Assembly: GCF_016433145.1 (NCBI RefSeq)
Contig: NC_058134.1
Location: 186,181,550-186,245,549 of the forward strand
Length of the DNA: 64,000 nt
DNA from: Gracilinanus agilis
Lineage: Eukaryota
Direction: 5' to 3'
This document shows positions 38,629-50,945 of this stretch, one piece after another. The notes beneath the pieces were generated by a model. The model was not told the DNA's origin. It was given only the letters and a program-made list of their open reading frames with translations, and ran no database searches. The translations under genes were made by a program, and so were the position numbers. Position 1 is the first letter of the stretch. The number at the start of each line of letters is the position of its first letter.

Positions 38629-40238
38629 CCAGAATAAAACAAATATGTATAGTTGCCTTTCAAACAAAATTTTCCAATTAACTGTATGATAAATTTTTCT
38701 CTATAGAAAGTTAAAGAATGACAAAATTTTCTTAGGAAAAAGAAATGCAAGATATTGAATTTTATTAAAGCTTTATTAATATTTTTTTTATCTCGACTTA
38801 ATGTCTCCTAGCATTTAAATGGAATAGTACTTTACATCCTTAAGCCACTGATAGGTTATTTGTGGAATGAATGATTTTCTTTTCTCGTTAATAAATATAA
38901 AATATACAGGCTATACCAGATTATACCAACTGAACAACTAATTGAGAAGACCTGTAAGAAGCTGCTTTGCGGGGTCTTGAAGCCTAACACAGACCATAAA
39001 AAAAATGCTCTTGGCTCACTTCAAGCAAAAAATTCTCAAATTTGAGAATAGTCATGAGAGTACTTCTTAGTTAAGTGCCACAGTCATATATCTAAAAATA
39101 ACTGAACCCTAACCAAGATACTGCAGAAATTGAAAGTTCTATTATTTTTAGATGTTGCTTCAATCAGTTAGGGAAAAAATGATATCATGAGCATGTGTTT
39201 CTAAGATTTAGCAGTTATTTTTATTTGCTTAAGTATGATAACTTTTTATTTTAAGTTTAACAACCAGGAGTGTGGGGGGGAGGGTAGAGGCTTTCATAAA
39301 AGTAAAAAATTAGAAATTTTTCTTATTTCTTATACCTAGGTAATGAATGACTGAATTACAGTACATGAAATGTAATGGAAGAGTATTAGGTCATAGGAAA
39401 TAAAAAGTATAGGGAATACAGAAACTATGAGAAAACAGATCAAAAGCAGACAAAAATCACAATGACAGCAGATACTTAAATAGAACACTTCTTCCAAAAA
39501 TCTATTTTCTTTTATTTTAACATGTTATTGATGTCTTATTAATTATGTCAATAATTTCCTAATATGTCTCTCTTTTCTCTCTTCCAACTGAAAACTTTCC
39601 TTGTAATTAAAAAAAAAAGTTAAGCAAAACTGAGCAATTTTGACTCCATTTCCCCCCACCTATGTGAGAAGAGGTAAATGTTTCATCATTTATTCTCTGG
39701 AATCCAGATGAGTAACTATAATTAATCTAAGTCTTTCTTTTGTTTATATTCTTAAAAGTCCTTGTGTACAATTCATTTAAATAATAATGGTTAACTTTCT
39801 GTGGTTTGCAAGGCAAACGAAAAAAGCAGATTCCTATTAACTGAACAACTGCTAAACAAAATGTAGTTTATATGAATATTAGTGTCATAAGAAATGATGA
39901 ATGTAAAGAATTCTGAGAAGTAGGCTCAAAGTTTCTAAACTACTTTTCTTTCTCTTATTATTTATTAAAGGGTTCACTAGGGGCTAGGGAATAATGTGTC
40001 ATAAAAATATGCCAATAAAAATTTATTTAGGATTCTACTTAAGTGAAAGTGCTAAGAAAAGCATGAAATTAAGTTAACTCAACTTTTTCAAAAGAATCAT
40101 TAACAAAGAATGCTTTAAATATCCTTGCCAAAAATTTCATGACAATCTTCTGAAACCAAATCTTGCATTTTAAAAAAGTAATCTAGTTGGGAAAAATACT
40201 TCCTTAGTCATTGAATTATTTTAACAAAAAAAGCATAC

Positions 40239-40498
40239 CTGAATATAGCTGGATTACAGACATGCTTTGGATCCAGTGCTTCTCCCTGTATGAATTCGTA
40301 GCACAGCCCATTATTGAATGTACAGTAGAGTTGTGGTGCACAGCCATGAGCCTGTAACACTCGAAAACTCTTCACTTCCTCATCTCGGTCAACTAATAAT
40401 TCTGTTTTATTACCATAAATTCTCACCAGGACCACGTCCTCCATTGTGTTGCCCACGTAACAGCCAATAAGTTTATTTGTGATCCCATCTGTAAAAAG
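40239..40498 (-). CDS. ETNK1: ETNK1 coding exon 2 (LFTDGITNKLIGC...VCNPAIF-R)
   Basis: Acceptor TTGCAG|CTT, donor AG|GTATGC, 260 nt. Lies inside ORF 40208..40504. Choline/ethanolamine kinase N-lobe sequence (GITNKL, VLVRIYG). Confidence 0.98.
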
Positions 40499-40719
40499 CT
40501 GCAATATAAGACAAAATTATTATGTTTTAGCATACAAACCATCATGGGTAGAAAAGAGTTTGAAAACAAAAAATGTAAAGGAAATAACACAAATATAAAG
40601 GGGGAAATTAATATTGAGAGAGAGGGAGGGAGGGGAAGGAAGGTTGGTTTAAAGCTTATTAAGTTATTTTCTATCTTATAAAGTTTTCTTCCTTTTTTGT
40701 AATCAAAGTCTTCACATGA

Positions 40720-40932
40720 AGCCTTTCCTAATTCTCCCATCTATTAGTGTCCTCCCTCCAAACCAACTTTTATATAGTTATTCATTTTATATTTGCTCTA
40801 TTCATAGATACTCTTCTCATTGGAATATAAACTGGCAAATGGGAATTATTTCATTATTTTTACTTATATCCCTAGAACCTAGCACAGTATCTGACCTATA
40901 AATAGGTACTTAATAATTATTGATTGACTGAA
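40720..40932 (+). mobile_element. L2 3' end
   Basis: CCTAGAACCTAGCACAGTATCTGAC...TAGGTACTTAATAA..TTGATTGACTGA tail. Confidence 0.8.
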
Positions 40933-42140
40933 GTTTTCATAAAAATGTGCAGAGATCTATATGAGGAAGAACTTATGATTATAAACTCCAAAACAATGAT
41001 GATTAATTATGCTGTCTGAAAGAATTTGTGATCTAAAGAACTTTTTATATATAGTTATATTAACAGTATAGAATCTAATGACATTTGTAAGAGTATTATA
41101 AATAAATACAGAAGATGTTTCAATCATTTAAGTGCAGTTTTAAGCTATTAAATATTAAAACTGCACTGACTTTTGTGATATTCTTTAGATAACCATAAAT
41201 ACATGTACACATTTGTCTGTCTGCACACAAATTTGCTGTTATCAGCCTAAGTAAATTTATAGTAACTTACATTGTTTCCTGTGGGAATTTCTATACAATT
41301 TTAAGGATATCGATTAAGGAAAAAAATCTGTTTTATCCTCCTGTATCCACCTCCCTCTAACCAAATTAAAAGGGCATAATGTAGACACTTTGCCCAAAAA
41401 CAAAGTGAAAGGCCCAACTATCAACATTTCAACAACATGCCAAGACTCTTGGTTTTCCCATAAAATGTTGCAACAATGTGTGCCCCCTCAAAATAAATTC
41501 TAAAGCTGCTATATGTAGGTAATACTTTAAAACACTATTAAAATAAAAATAATATTTTGTCCCAGCATTTGTAATACTTTAATGGGGAGATATTCAAAAG
41601 ACCTAATTATAAGGAAATATATGTCTGGATATGTAATAGCTCAAGGCAAAATTTATATTAAAATGAATTATCTTTACAACATTTTTTAACTTATCAGACA
41701 CAATGCATTCCTGTCAGTGAAAAAAAAAACTTAAATCCAGGTACAAATGCTGATAGTATTCTTTCATCAAATGTAAAATTATGTTTTTGCACAGTAAACA
41801 TTAGGACTTTAGTTTTAAGCACTTAGAAATACAATTCAAAGAAATTCTACCTATCAGAACACACTTAGGGTTAATTTTGTATGATTATTATAGTCTGTTA
41901 AACTTTAATCCTCAGAATTCTGGAGTTAATGTATTTAATTATTCAGGATCTTAATCCTCTAATAACTTGTTTAAACATTAACAACTTAAAAAATACAAGG
42001 TCAATAATTTACTGGTTTTAAACATTTTTATGTTAGGTCATCAGGAGGTAAAGAAAATACAAATAAAGAACCAAAAGATTCCAAGCTAAGGAGATTAGCA
42101 TAAAAATTTCCCCCCTCAAAAATGTGCTATATGCTTGATC

Positions 42141-42390
42141 TGTGTGGATAGAATTTTGCTCCCTAGGACTCTCTTACCCAGTATCCCATTTGCATCCTTA
42201 CACCAAGTGCAAACCCTGTGTGTCAGTAGGATATAATTCTGGTTGACCCTGCCTCTCTTTCTCTCTTCCCCTGATCACAGCTGCAGAAGCTGGCTTTGAG
42301 CCAGGCAGGAGAATTTACTCGCGTGGTCTTATTTCCTTTTTATTCCTTCTACTTCAAGTGATTATTAATAAATTTTATAAAATTAATGCA
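42141..42390 (+). mobile_element. Partial LTR-like element
   Basis: TG start, TATA-like ATATAA, CT-rich R region and AATAAA near 42368. No TSD found. Confidence 0.5.
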
Positions 42391-42671
42391 CCTGTGTTGT
42401 CAAGGACTGTGCAAGGAACATAATAAAGTGAGGTACTCCTTGTCCTTAAAGAGCTTATATTTTAATAGGAGAGACAACACTAATAGGGAAAAGCAAAGAA
42501 TATGTCTTGAATTTGGGAAGTCATGGAAAGAGTGTATGCAGGGAGCCCCCTGTAGTTGACTAATATGTATTGACTTGATTACAGTTCCAGAATTGAAAAG
42601 GGAGGTAGCAGAGGTAGCATTGGTAAGGTTGCCAGAAAAGCAGAGTAAAGGATGGCTGTGACCACCTAGAT

Positions 42672-42977
42672 CAGTGATGGTGAACCCATGGCATGGATGC
42701 TAAAGAGGACACACACACCATCATCCCTCACAAGAGTTCATTACTAGAAAGGTAGAGACTCAGCAGATCTGCTCCCCTCCCCCTCTCCACAATGCCTAAT
42801 GACATTTTTTTCATGCCACCTATCCCTCTGCCCAGCAGCCCAAAGGGAGTGCTTTTCTGTGTGGGGTAAGGTGGTGGCCACCTGTGGTACTTGGTTGGAG
42901 AGGGGGTGGACCAGTACATAGTGTCTGGGGGTGGGGGGGTACTGCACACAGTCTCTTTAAAAGGTTTGCCATCAATG
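42672..42977 (-). mobile_element. hAT MITE, family B, longer copy in the opposite orientation
   Basis: TIRs CAGTGATGGTGAACC and GGTTTGCCATCAATG. TSD ACCTAGAT and ACCCAGAT. Interior is the reverse complement of the 19866 copy. Confidence 0.88.
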
Positions 42978-43899
42978 ACCCAGATCAACTATTTTAATAT
43001 AATTGGTTTCTTTATATTCCCTTGTATTTTCTGTTATACATTTAAAGACATATCTTGAGAGGGGTTCCATAGACTTCATATCAGACTATCAAAGTGTACA
43101 TGATAATACTTTCACTCATTAAGCCCAAATATCAAAACAGGTCTGAAATCCATTTTAAAAGCAATAGAAAAAACATGAAAAAAAATTAAAGTATGGTCCA
43201 TGATTTTCCTTTAAACTCAAACTAGTAGTCTCCATTTTGTAATCCATGCCCTTGGGTAATTAGTTCTATTAGGGACTCACTGATAGATCCTCTCATTTAT
43301 AAAATAGACAAAACCACTATTACCCATAAACTTGGAATTTTATCTTCTCTTTAATTATTTTCATACTGGAAAAGAAGTATTTTATGTAGAAAAAATGCTA
43401 TGTGAGTGAAAATTCTCACTGCAATGACAGAAAATAATTCTGGCAGTATTTCCTAAGAATTTACAGAATTTGGGCATGAGGATCACAATAAACTAAAAAA
43501 GTTCAATTCTTAACATTGCAATGTAATTTAGCTTCTTGTTTTTTAAAAAATGTTACTTGAGAGAAGATTTTTAAAAATACTTTATTTGATAATTTTGTAT
43601 AATCCAAGGTTATTTGCAACATGATTATAAGTCTAAAACATTCCTGTTGGTCTCTAATTCCTAAATGTAGGAACCAATAAATTTGCATATAACCATTCAT
43701 TCACTCGATTCAATATTTGAGTATCCCAGGCAAAATAAGTAGAGCATCTCCACTCCAAATCTAGGTGACAAAGGGGAAAACCATGACACACAAAAAAAAA
43801 TGAAATCATTTTCCTAAAAAAGTCAGTAACAGGGCTATAAATAGACTTATGGTCTTCCAATTTCCAATCTAGTATATTTTTCTACTATTTAGCCTCTTC

Positions 43900-46800
43900 T
43901 AAATGTATGTAAGAGACAGTAAGCGATATGAAGTCAGAGAAGAAAATTATCAAAAAAATACAAGATTTTCAGTGAAGGCAGGACTTAAATTGAGCTTTCA
44001 AGTATAAGAATTTGGATAGGTTGAGATAAAGGAAAGGACAATTCCCAAGTGGGAAAATCATAGAAACTTGAGGAAAGTATAACTACATTCCAAGGTAGCA
44101 AAGAAATTTTGAAAAAATTTGAAAAACTTGAAAAAAGCAGAAGTTCATGATAGAGAACAATGGAAGTAATTTTGAAGAGACTTTAATTCCATGATGAAGA
44201 GTGTGAAGGGAATGAACTTAATTGCATGAGCAATTCATTCATTCCATAAATGAACTCCTATGACGCATATAACACATAATGCTAGCTTGTTAGCAGTCTG
44301 AAAGAGGATGACACGAATGTCCTTGTCCTTATAGAATATGCAAATATAAGGGAGATAAGACATATAAGTGACTATGAGAAAAGCAAAGTTTAAGAACTGA
44401 AGCCAAGTGAATGAAAATTGACAAAAGTTACAATAATTTTCTGGATAGGATAAACGATAATGAAGATGATTATTAAAAATAGTTACTGAATACTAGGAGT
44501 AGAGAAATATACCAAAGGAAGGGCATTCCAGGTAGGGGAAAGCATTAAGCAAAAAAGAGAAAGGTGGTAAAGAGGATAACATGTTTGGTAGGGGGTAAGC
44601 AAATAACTTAGTTTGGCTGAAAGAGGGTGCACAAAAAGGAATGGGAAGAAAGCTGGAAAGTATGAGGCAAAATTTTTGACAGCCTTGAACACCAAGTACA
44701 GAAATCTAGATATTATTCAGTTAGTACTGGAGTGGCACTAAAGATATCTATACATAGAGAAATATGTACATGTATATGTATGTATGTGGATAGACAGATG
44801 TAGAAAAGAATGAAAAGGTCAGAGTTATGCTTTTGGAAAAAATAATTTAGCAGGGGAAGTAAGTTGAACTAAGGGAAATATGAGACTGGTATGAAGGAGA
44901 CACATTAAAAAACTATGGTAATAGTCTAAAAAGGATACCCAAACTAGGCAGTAAGAATAAAAACAACTGATATAAAGCATATTGCTGAGATAAAAAGATA
45001 GATATGGTAAGCATATTAGGAGTTGGGAGAGAAAGGAGAAATTCTTTCTCCTTTCTCTCCCAAAGATGACTAAATTTTCAAGGCTAAGTAACAAATGGGA
45101 TGGTAACTAGGGCAGTGATGCCATCAGCAGATATAAAAAACAGGAAGAGCAGGTTTTATAAATGAGGAAAAGGAATTGACTTTGGGACATTTGTAATGTT
45201 TCAAGAGGATCACTGAGATGCAAAACATTTTGGAGAAAGCTGGAAATAGAAAAGCACAGGACAAAGGTTGGAGATAAAAACTGGTTGCCAATCTAACTTT
45301 TCTGACTTGTCTCAATAATTATTCACCTTCTGAAAGGTAAAAGTGAAGAAGGGAATGGCTATACCTGAATATGACCGACAAGGACAATAGAACCTCTAAA
45401 TCAGTGTGAAGAATGACTCTTTTTTATTTTGCTTGTTCTCCCTACATATATTAACTTCTGTGGGGGGAAAAGGAATAATAAAAACGATTTGACTTTGGAA
45501 TTATAGAGAATTACAGAGACTGGCTCATGAGGGGAGGGAGATTTGCAGGCTTATTAGAAGTTGATGGAGAAAAATAAATAAAATTAAAGTTCAAACAGAC
45601 TGAGAAAAAGAAAAGACTACAGGAGATAGAAGACCTGAGAAGGAAACCATGAAGAATCAATACACATTGACCAAATACCTACAGTATGCTAGGCTGTAAG
45701 GGTACAAATATTAAATGAAAATAGTGCCTGCCTTTGAGGAGTTGGTATACTAGTTCACAGATAAGTAAAAACACAAAATTAATGCAATATATTGATTGGA
45801 GGAAAGGAGAAAAATCCCATCAAGTAGAAAAATCAGGAAAGGTCTCTTTAAATAAGTGACATCTGAACTGAGCCTTAAGGAGGTTACTAGCGGTTCCAAA
45901 AGATAGAAATAGAACAACCTATGTATGTGGGAGGCAGGGAAGGGAGGAGAGAGACACTGACTAGGAAAACGGTTGAATTCAGATTGTGAATGAAGGGCAT
46001 TAAATGCCAAACAAAGGATAGGCAATGAAGTTTCTTGAACACAAGAATGACAAGTATTTTAGTAATATCAATTATGAAATAGTATAGAAGATAGACCAGA
46101 AAAGAGAATAAATTCAAAGAGACTAATTAGGAAGCTATAGCAACAGTTCAGTCTAGTGGAGAGGTAAAAAGGGTCTACATTATGATGACTATGGTACGAG
46201 TAGAGAGAAAAGGAATGAAAGAAATACAAGGTAAAATTCACAATACTTGGCATCTGGTAAGATAGACAAGGTAAGTAATTAGAGGAAAAGGAGTTAAACC
46301 ACATAAACCATTTGCGACAGTAGTTTTCCATGTTTTCTGTTAGTAGTAACAACCTGGATTGAAGAAGATCTCAATTTGACAAAACTGATCATTTTTCAGT
46401 AACCTGAACAAAATGAGACTGAACTTATTCAAGTGACCGATATTCTGCATGTAATACAGGATCCTTTCCCTCCTAGAAGAAAAGGTAAAGGGAGTTTTAG
46501 TATACATTTGATTTAAAATAGAAGAGATTCAACGTAAAACAAGAAAAAAAATACAATTCTGAGGTTGCAGAAGAGAATGACAAGTTATTTATATAGATTT
46601 AAGGTTTGCAAAGATCTTGCATATGTTATCTCATTTGATCTTCAAAAACTATGTTAAATAGATGCATCTCTATTTTATAGATGAGTAAACTGAGACATCG
46701 GGACATTAAATGCTAGTAATTGAGGCAGGATTTGACTCCAAGTTCATTATTCTATTCACTGTTGCCACCTAACTAATGGTTTGTGTACAAAAGTTGGAAG

Positions 46801-47290
46801 ACAGATGAATGCCACACAGAAAACAAATGAAAGAAAAAATATTACTGACTACATACAGGAAGTCAAGAAACAAACATGATGTCATTCCCAAAGGAGCTAA
46901 AATTTCCAAGAAAAAAAGCTACCTACCCTTCCAAAGAATTATTTCCTGGTATTTTCAAGTGAGAAAAAATTTAGTCAAGGGAAGAAGAAAGAAAAGCAAC
47001 TGTAGTTGGATAAATACAGGATAAACAGGAACAGAGGGAAGGTACTAGAATTAAGAGGGTTTGGGAAAGACTTAAGAGTAAAAGACAGGATTTTAGTTGG
47101 GACTTAAAGGAAGTTAGGAAAGTCAGTAGACAAAATGGAGGGAAGAGCATGTCAAGCATGGGGGACAGCCATAGAAAATGCCTTGACATGAGAGATGGGA
47201 GCATCTTGTTTGTGGAACAACCAGGAGGTCAGTATTACTGGATCAAAGAGTACCTGGCTAGAAAAGTAAGGTATAATATGAATGGAAAAA
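43900..47290 (-). mobile_element. Cluster of L2 fragments with a MIR
   Basis: Repeated GA-rich L2 reverse-strand motifs such as GGAGCTATAGCAACAGTTCAG and CAGTATGCTAGGC. Confidence 0.65.
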
Positions 47291-47841
47291 CACCTTCACA
47301 AAAACTGACTACATATTACAGCCTGAAAACTTCACAACCAAATTAAGATGGGCAGAAATATTAAATGCACCCCTTTCAGATCATAATGATTGAATAAACA
47401 TTAATTCAATAAAGGGTCTTGGAAGCATAGATTAAAAATTTAAGTAGAAATGAATCTAATCCTAAAGAATGAATGGGTCAAAGAACAAATCATAGAAACA
47501 GTAAATTATTTCATTCAAGAGAATGACAACATTCCAAATGTTTAAAGATGTCATTAAAGCACTACTTAGGGGAAATTTTATATCTCTTAAACATGTACAT
47601 CAATAAAAGAAAGAGAAGATCAACAAACTTGGCATGGAGCTTAAAAAAGAACAAATTAAAAATACCAAATTAAATACCAAAATAGAAATCTTGGAAATCA
47701 AAGAAGAAATTAATAAAATTGAATATAAAAAATATTGAAAGAATAAAACTAAAGAGTTGGGTTGTTTTTTTTTTTTTGAAGAGAGGAGGTGAAATAGATA
47801 AAGCATTGGTTCATTTGATTTTTTTAAAAGGAAACCAAATT

Positions 47842-48029
47842 GAGGGGCAGCTGAGTAGCTCAGTGGACTGAAAGTCAGGCCTAGAGATGGGAGGTCCTAG
47901 GTTCAAATCCGGCCTCAGAAATTTCCCAGCTGTGTGACCCTGGGTAAGTCACTTGATCCCCATTGCCCACCCTTACCACTCTTCCACCAAGGAGCCAATA
48001 CACAGAAATTAAGGGTTTAAAAAAAATAA
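47842..48029 (+). mobile_element. SINE1_Mdo-like SINE nested in L1
   Basis: 16-bp TSD AAAAGGAAACCAAATT at 47826..47841 and 48030..48045. Intact B box GGTTCAAATCC. Confidence 0.93.
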
Positions 48030-48591
48030 AAAAGGAAACCAAATTAACAGTATCAAAAATGAAAAGGGTGAACATTATCACTAAAGAAACTGAAATTAAA
48101 GCAATTAGGAATTATTTTGCCCAATGATATTCCAGTAAAACCAACAATTTAAGTGAAATGGATGAATACTTGCAAAAATAAATTACCCAGATTAACAGAA
48201 AAGGAAATATTTAATCTTCACATCTTAGAAAAATAAACTGAATAAGCCATCAATGAACTCCATAAAAAATCACCAGGACCAGATGGAATTTTTCACAAGT
48301 GAGCTCTGCCAAACATTAAAGGAACAATCTTAATACTATTGAAAAAACTGGTAAAAGAGTCCTACCAAATTCCTTTTATGACACAAATATGATTTTAGTA
48401 CCTAAACCAGAAGGAGCAAAAACAAGAGAAAAAAAGCCACAATTTGCTAATGGAATACTGATACAAAAAATGTTAAACTAGAAAGACTATTATAGAAATA
48501 TATCACAAATATCCCCTATACTATGACCAAAGAGGATTTATGCAAGGCTGGTTCAATATTAGGAAAATTATCAGCATAATAAAGCTATCAC

Positions 48592-48840
48592 TAGTGAGGT
48601 GACTCAGTGGATAGAATGCCAGGCCTGGAGTAAGTAAGACTCTTGCTGAGTTCAAATCTGATCTCAGATACTTACTAGTTGTGTGGCCCTGGGCAAGTCA
48701 CTTAAGCCCTGTTTACTTCAGTTTCTTTATCTGTAAACTGAGATGGAGAAGGAAGTGGCAAACCACTCCAATATCTGCCAAGAAAACCCCAAATGGGATC
48801 AACCAAGAGTTAGACACATCTGAAATGACTGACCAACAAA
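48592..48840 (+). mobile_element. MAR1-type CORE-SINE nested in L1
   Basis: tRNA head, CORE (GGCAAGTCACTTAA...CAGTTTC) and RTE-like tail (GGAGAAGGAAGTGGCAAACCACTCCA...GACTGA). Confidence 0.85.
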
Positions 48841-48968
48841 ATCAGCAAAATTGTATTACAAAAGTCATATAATTCTATTAATAGAAACAGAAAAGGCTTT
48901 TTGACAAAATACAAAAATCATTTCTATTAAAAATACTAGAAAGCACTTTTCTTAAAAATAAGTAGTAT

Positions 48969-49163
48969 TGGGGGCAGCTGGGTAGCTCAGTGGATTGAGA
49001 GCCAGGCCTAGAGACAGGAGGTCCTAGGTTCAAATCCAGCCTCAGACACTTCCCAGCTGTGTGACCCTGGGCAAGTCACTTGACCCCCATTGCCTACCCT
49101 TACCACTCTTCCACCTATAAGTCAATACACAGAAGTTAAGGGTTTAAAATAAAAAAAAAATAT
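48969..49163 (+). mobile_element. SINE1_Mdo-like SINE nested in L1
   Basis: TSD TAAGTAGTAT at 48959..48968 and 49164..49173. Intact A and B boxes. Confidence 0.93.
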
Positions 49164-50672
49164 TAAGTAGTATCTAAAAAAACAAGAGCAACTTTCCCTA
49201 AGATCAGGGATTTGGAAGCAAGTACTCCCTTTTCACCACCATTATTCAATATTGTATAAGAAATGCTAGCTAAAGCAATAAGAAAAAAATAGCGCAATAA
49301 AGGAGACAAAATTATGATTCTGTAGATGATATTCTGGGAGAATTATAGAGAATCAACTAAAAAAGTAGTTGAAACAATAATTTTAGCAAAGTTGCAGGAT
49401 ATATTAAGCCCACATAAATCATCAGCATATCTATCTGCTTCTTACAAAACCCAGCAGGAAGAGATAAAGAAATGCTATTTAAAATAATAATAAAATAAAA
49501 TAATAAGACAATATAAAATACTTGGGAGGAAGTGTACCCGCCAGGACAAACCTAAAGACAGTATGAACAGGCAGTTTTCAGAAGAAGAAATCAAACCTAT
49601 CAAAAAAAATTTTAAATGCTTTAATAACTATTAGGGAAATGCAAATTAAAACAACTCAGATACCACTACCTCCTTACCTAATCAAGATTAACATGAGAGA
49701 AAAGAAAAATGACAAATGCTGATTGGGATGTGGAAAATTTGTGACACTAATGAACTGCTGGTAGAGTTGTGAACCAGCCCAACCATTCTGATGCAAAGTG
49801 TTGAAGTCAACAGTCAAGAAAACAATATACAATAACAAGAAGATACTGTAAATGGAAAGAAGCTAAACACCAAACAACACAATAATAAAAATCAAAAGTG
49901 AATGTAACAAAATTACAAAGATCAAGGACTAGAATGCAAAGATATGAGAAGATACTTCCCTCCACCTACCCCATTCTGTTTCTGATGGTAGGAAGATCAC
50001 CGGTATTACACATTGCAAATGTTTTCAGTCTTTTTCAATGTTCTGATCAATAATGATTTTTTCCCCTTCCTTAAAAGGCCTATTTGTAAGCTGGGGAGAA
50101 ATACTTGGGATAACTATGATGATCCTTAAAGAAACAGAAATCATAAATAAAATTTATTTTAAAAAAAACACACAAAAATGGGGAAATGACCTACTTGTAA
50201 AAAAATATTTATAGCTGTTCTTTTTAAAGTGGCAAAGAACTGAAAATTGAAGGGATGTTCATTAGGAAATGGCTGAACAAATTGTGGTATGTGATGGTGA
50301 TGGAATACTATTGTGCTGTGAGGAATGATGAACAGGATTTCAGAAAGAATTGGAAAGACCTACATGAACTGATGCAGAGTGAAATAAGCAGAACGGGGCG
50401 GGGGGGGGGGGGGGGGAATCATACACAGTAACCAGTAACAGCAAAACATTGTGGAACTGTGATAAACTTAGCTACTCTCAGCATACAATGATCCAGGGTA
50501 AGTTTGAGGGACTTAGGACAAAGAATGCTGCTATCTACCTCCAGAGAAAGAACTGTCAGAATACAGATGAAAGCATATGATTTTCAATTGTTTGAGTTTG
50601 TTTTGGTTTTATAAGATTACTTACAAAAATGAACATAAAAAAATAATTTTTTAAAATATATTTTTAAAAAAA

Positions 50673-50856
50673 GGGGGGGGGGGCAGCTGGGTGGCTCAGA
50701 GGATTGAGAGCCAGGCCTAGAGATGGGAGGTCCTAGGTTCAAATCTGGCCTCAGACACTTCCTAGCTGTCACTTAACCCCCCCCATTGCTTAGCCCTTAC
50801 CACTCTTCTGCCTTGGAGCCAATATTGACTCCAAGACAGAAGGTAAGGGTTTAAAA
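50673..50856 (+). mobile_element. SINE1_Mdo-like SINE with a short internal deletion
   Basis: Family match, but the usual GTGACCCTGGGCAAGT segment is missing. Followed by a TA-rich microsatellite. Confidence 0.9.
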
Positions 50857-50945
50857 CATATCTATATCTATCTATCTATATATATAGATATATAGATATA
50901 TAGATATATAGGTATATATATACTATATATTTATTTATTTATTTT
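50857..50945. repeat. (TATC)/(TATAGA)n/(TATT)n compound microsatellite
   Basis: Seen directly after the SINE tail. Confidence 0.85.

Larger units (their letters stand above)
47380..50645 (+). mobile_element. Degenerate L1 (ORF2 from the endonuclease end to the 3' UTR, with deletions) hosting three SINE insertions
   Basis: SDHN..K.E-like, PGPDG (CACCAGGACCAGATGG), QGWFNIRK (GCAAGGCTGGTTCAATATTAGGAAA) and FDKIQ motifs, all with frameshifts and stops. Confidence 0.88.

Noticed and set aside
39032-39049. Perfect 18-bp palindrome ATTCTCAAATTTGAGAAT
   Set aside because: A rough estimate gives about one such palindrome by chance in 64 kb of AT-rich DNA.
39950-40230. Possible equivalent of the short alternative terminal exon after exon 2 that I recall in human ETNK1
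   Set aside because: I could not identify a convincing acceptor or peptide similarity by eye.
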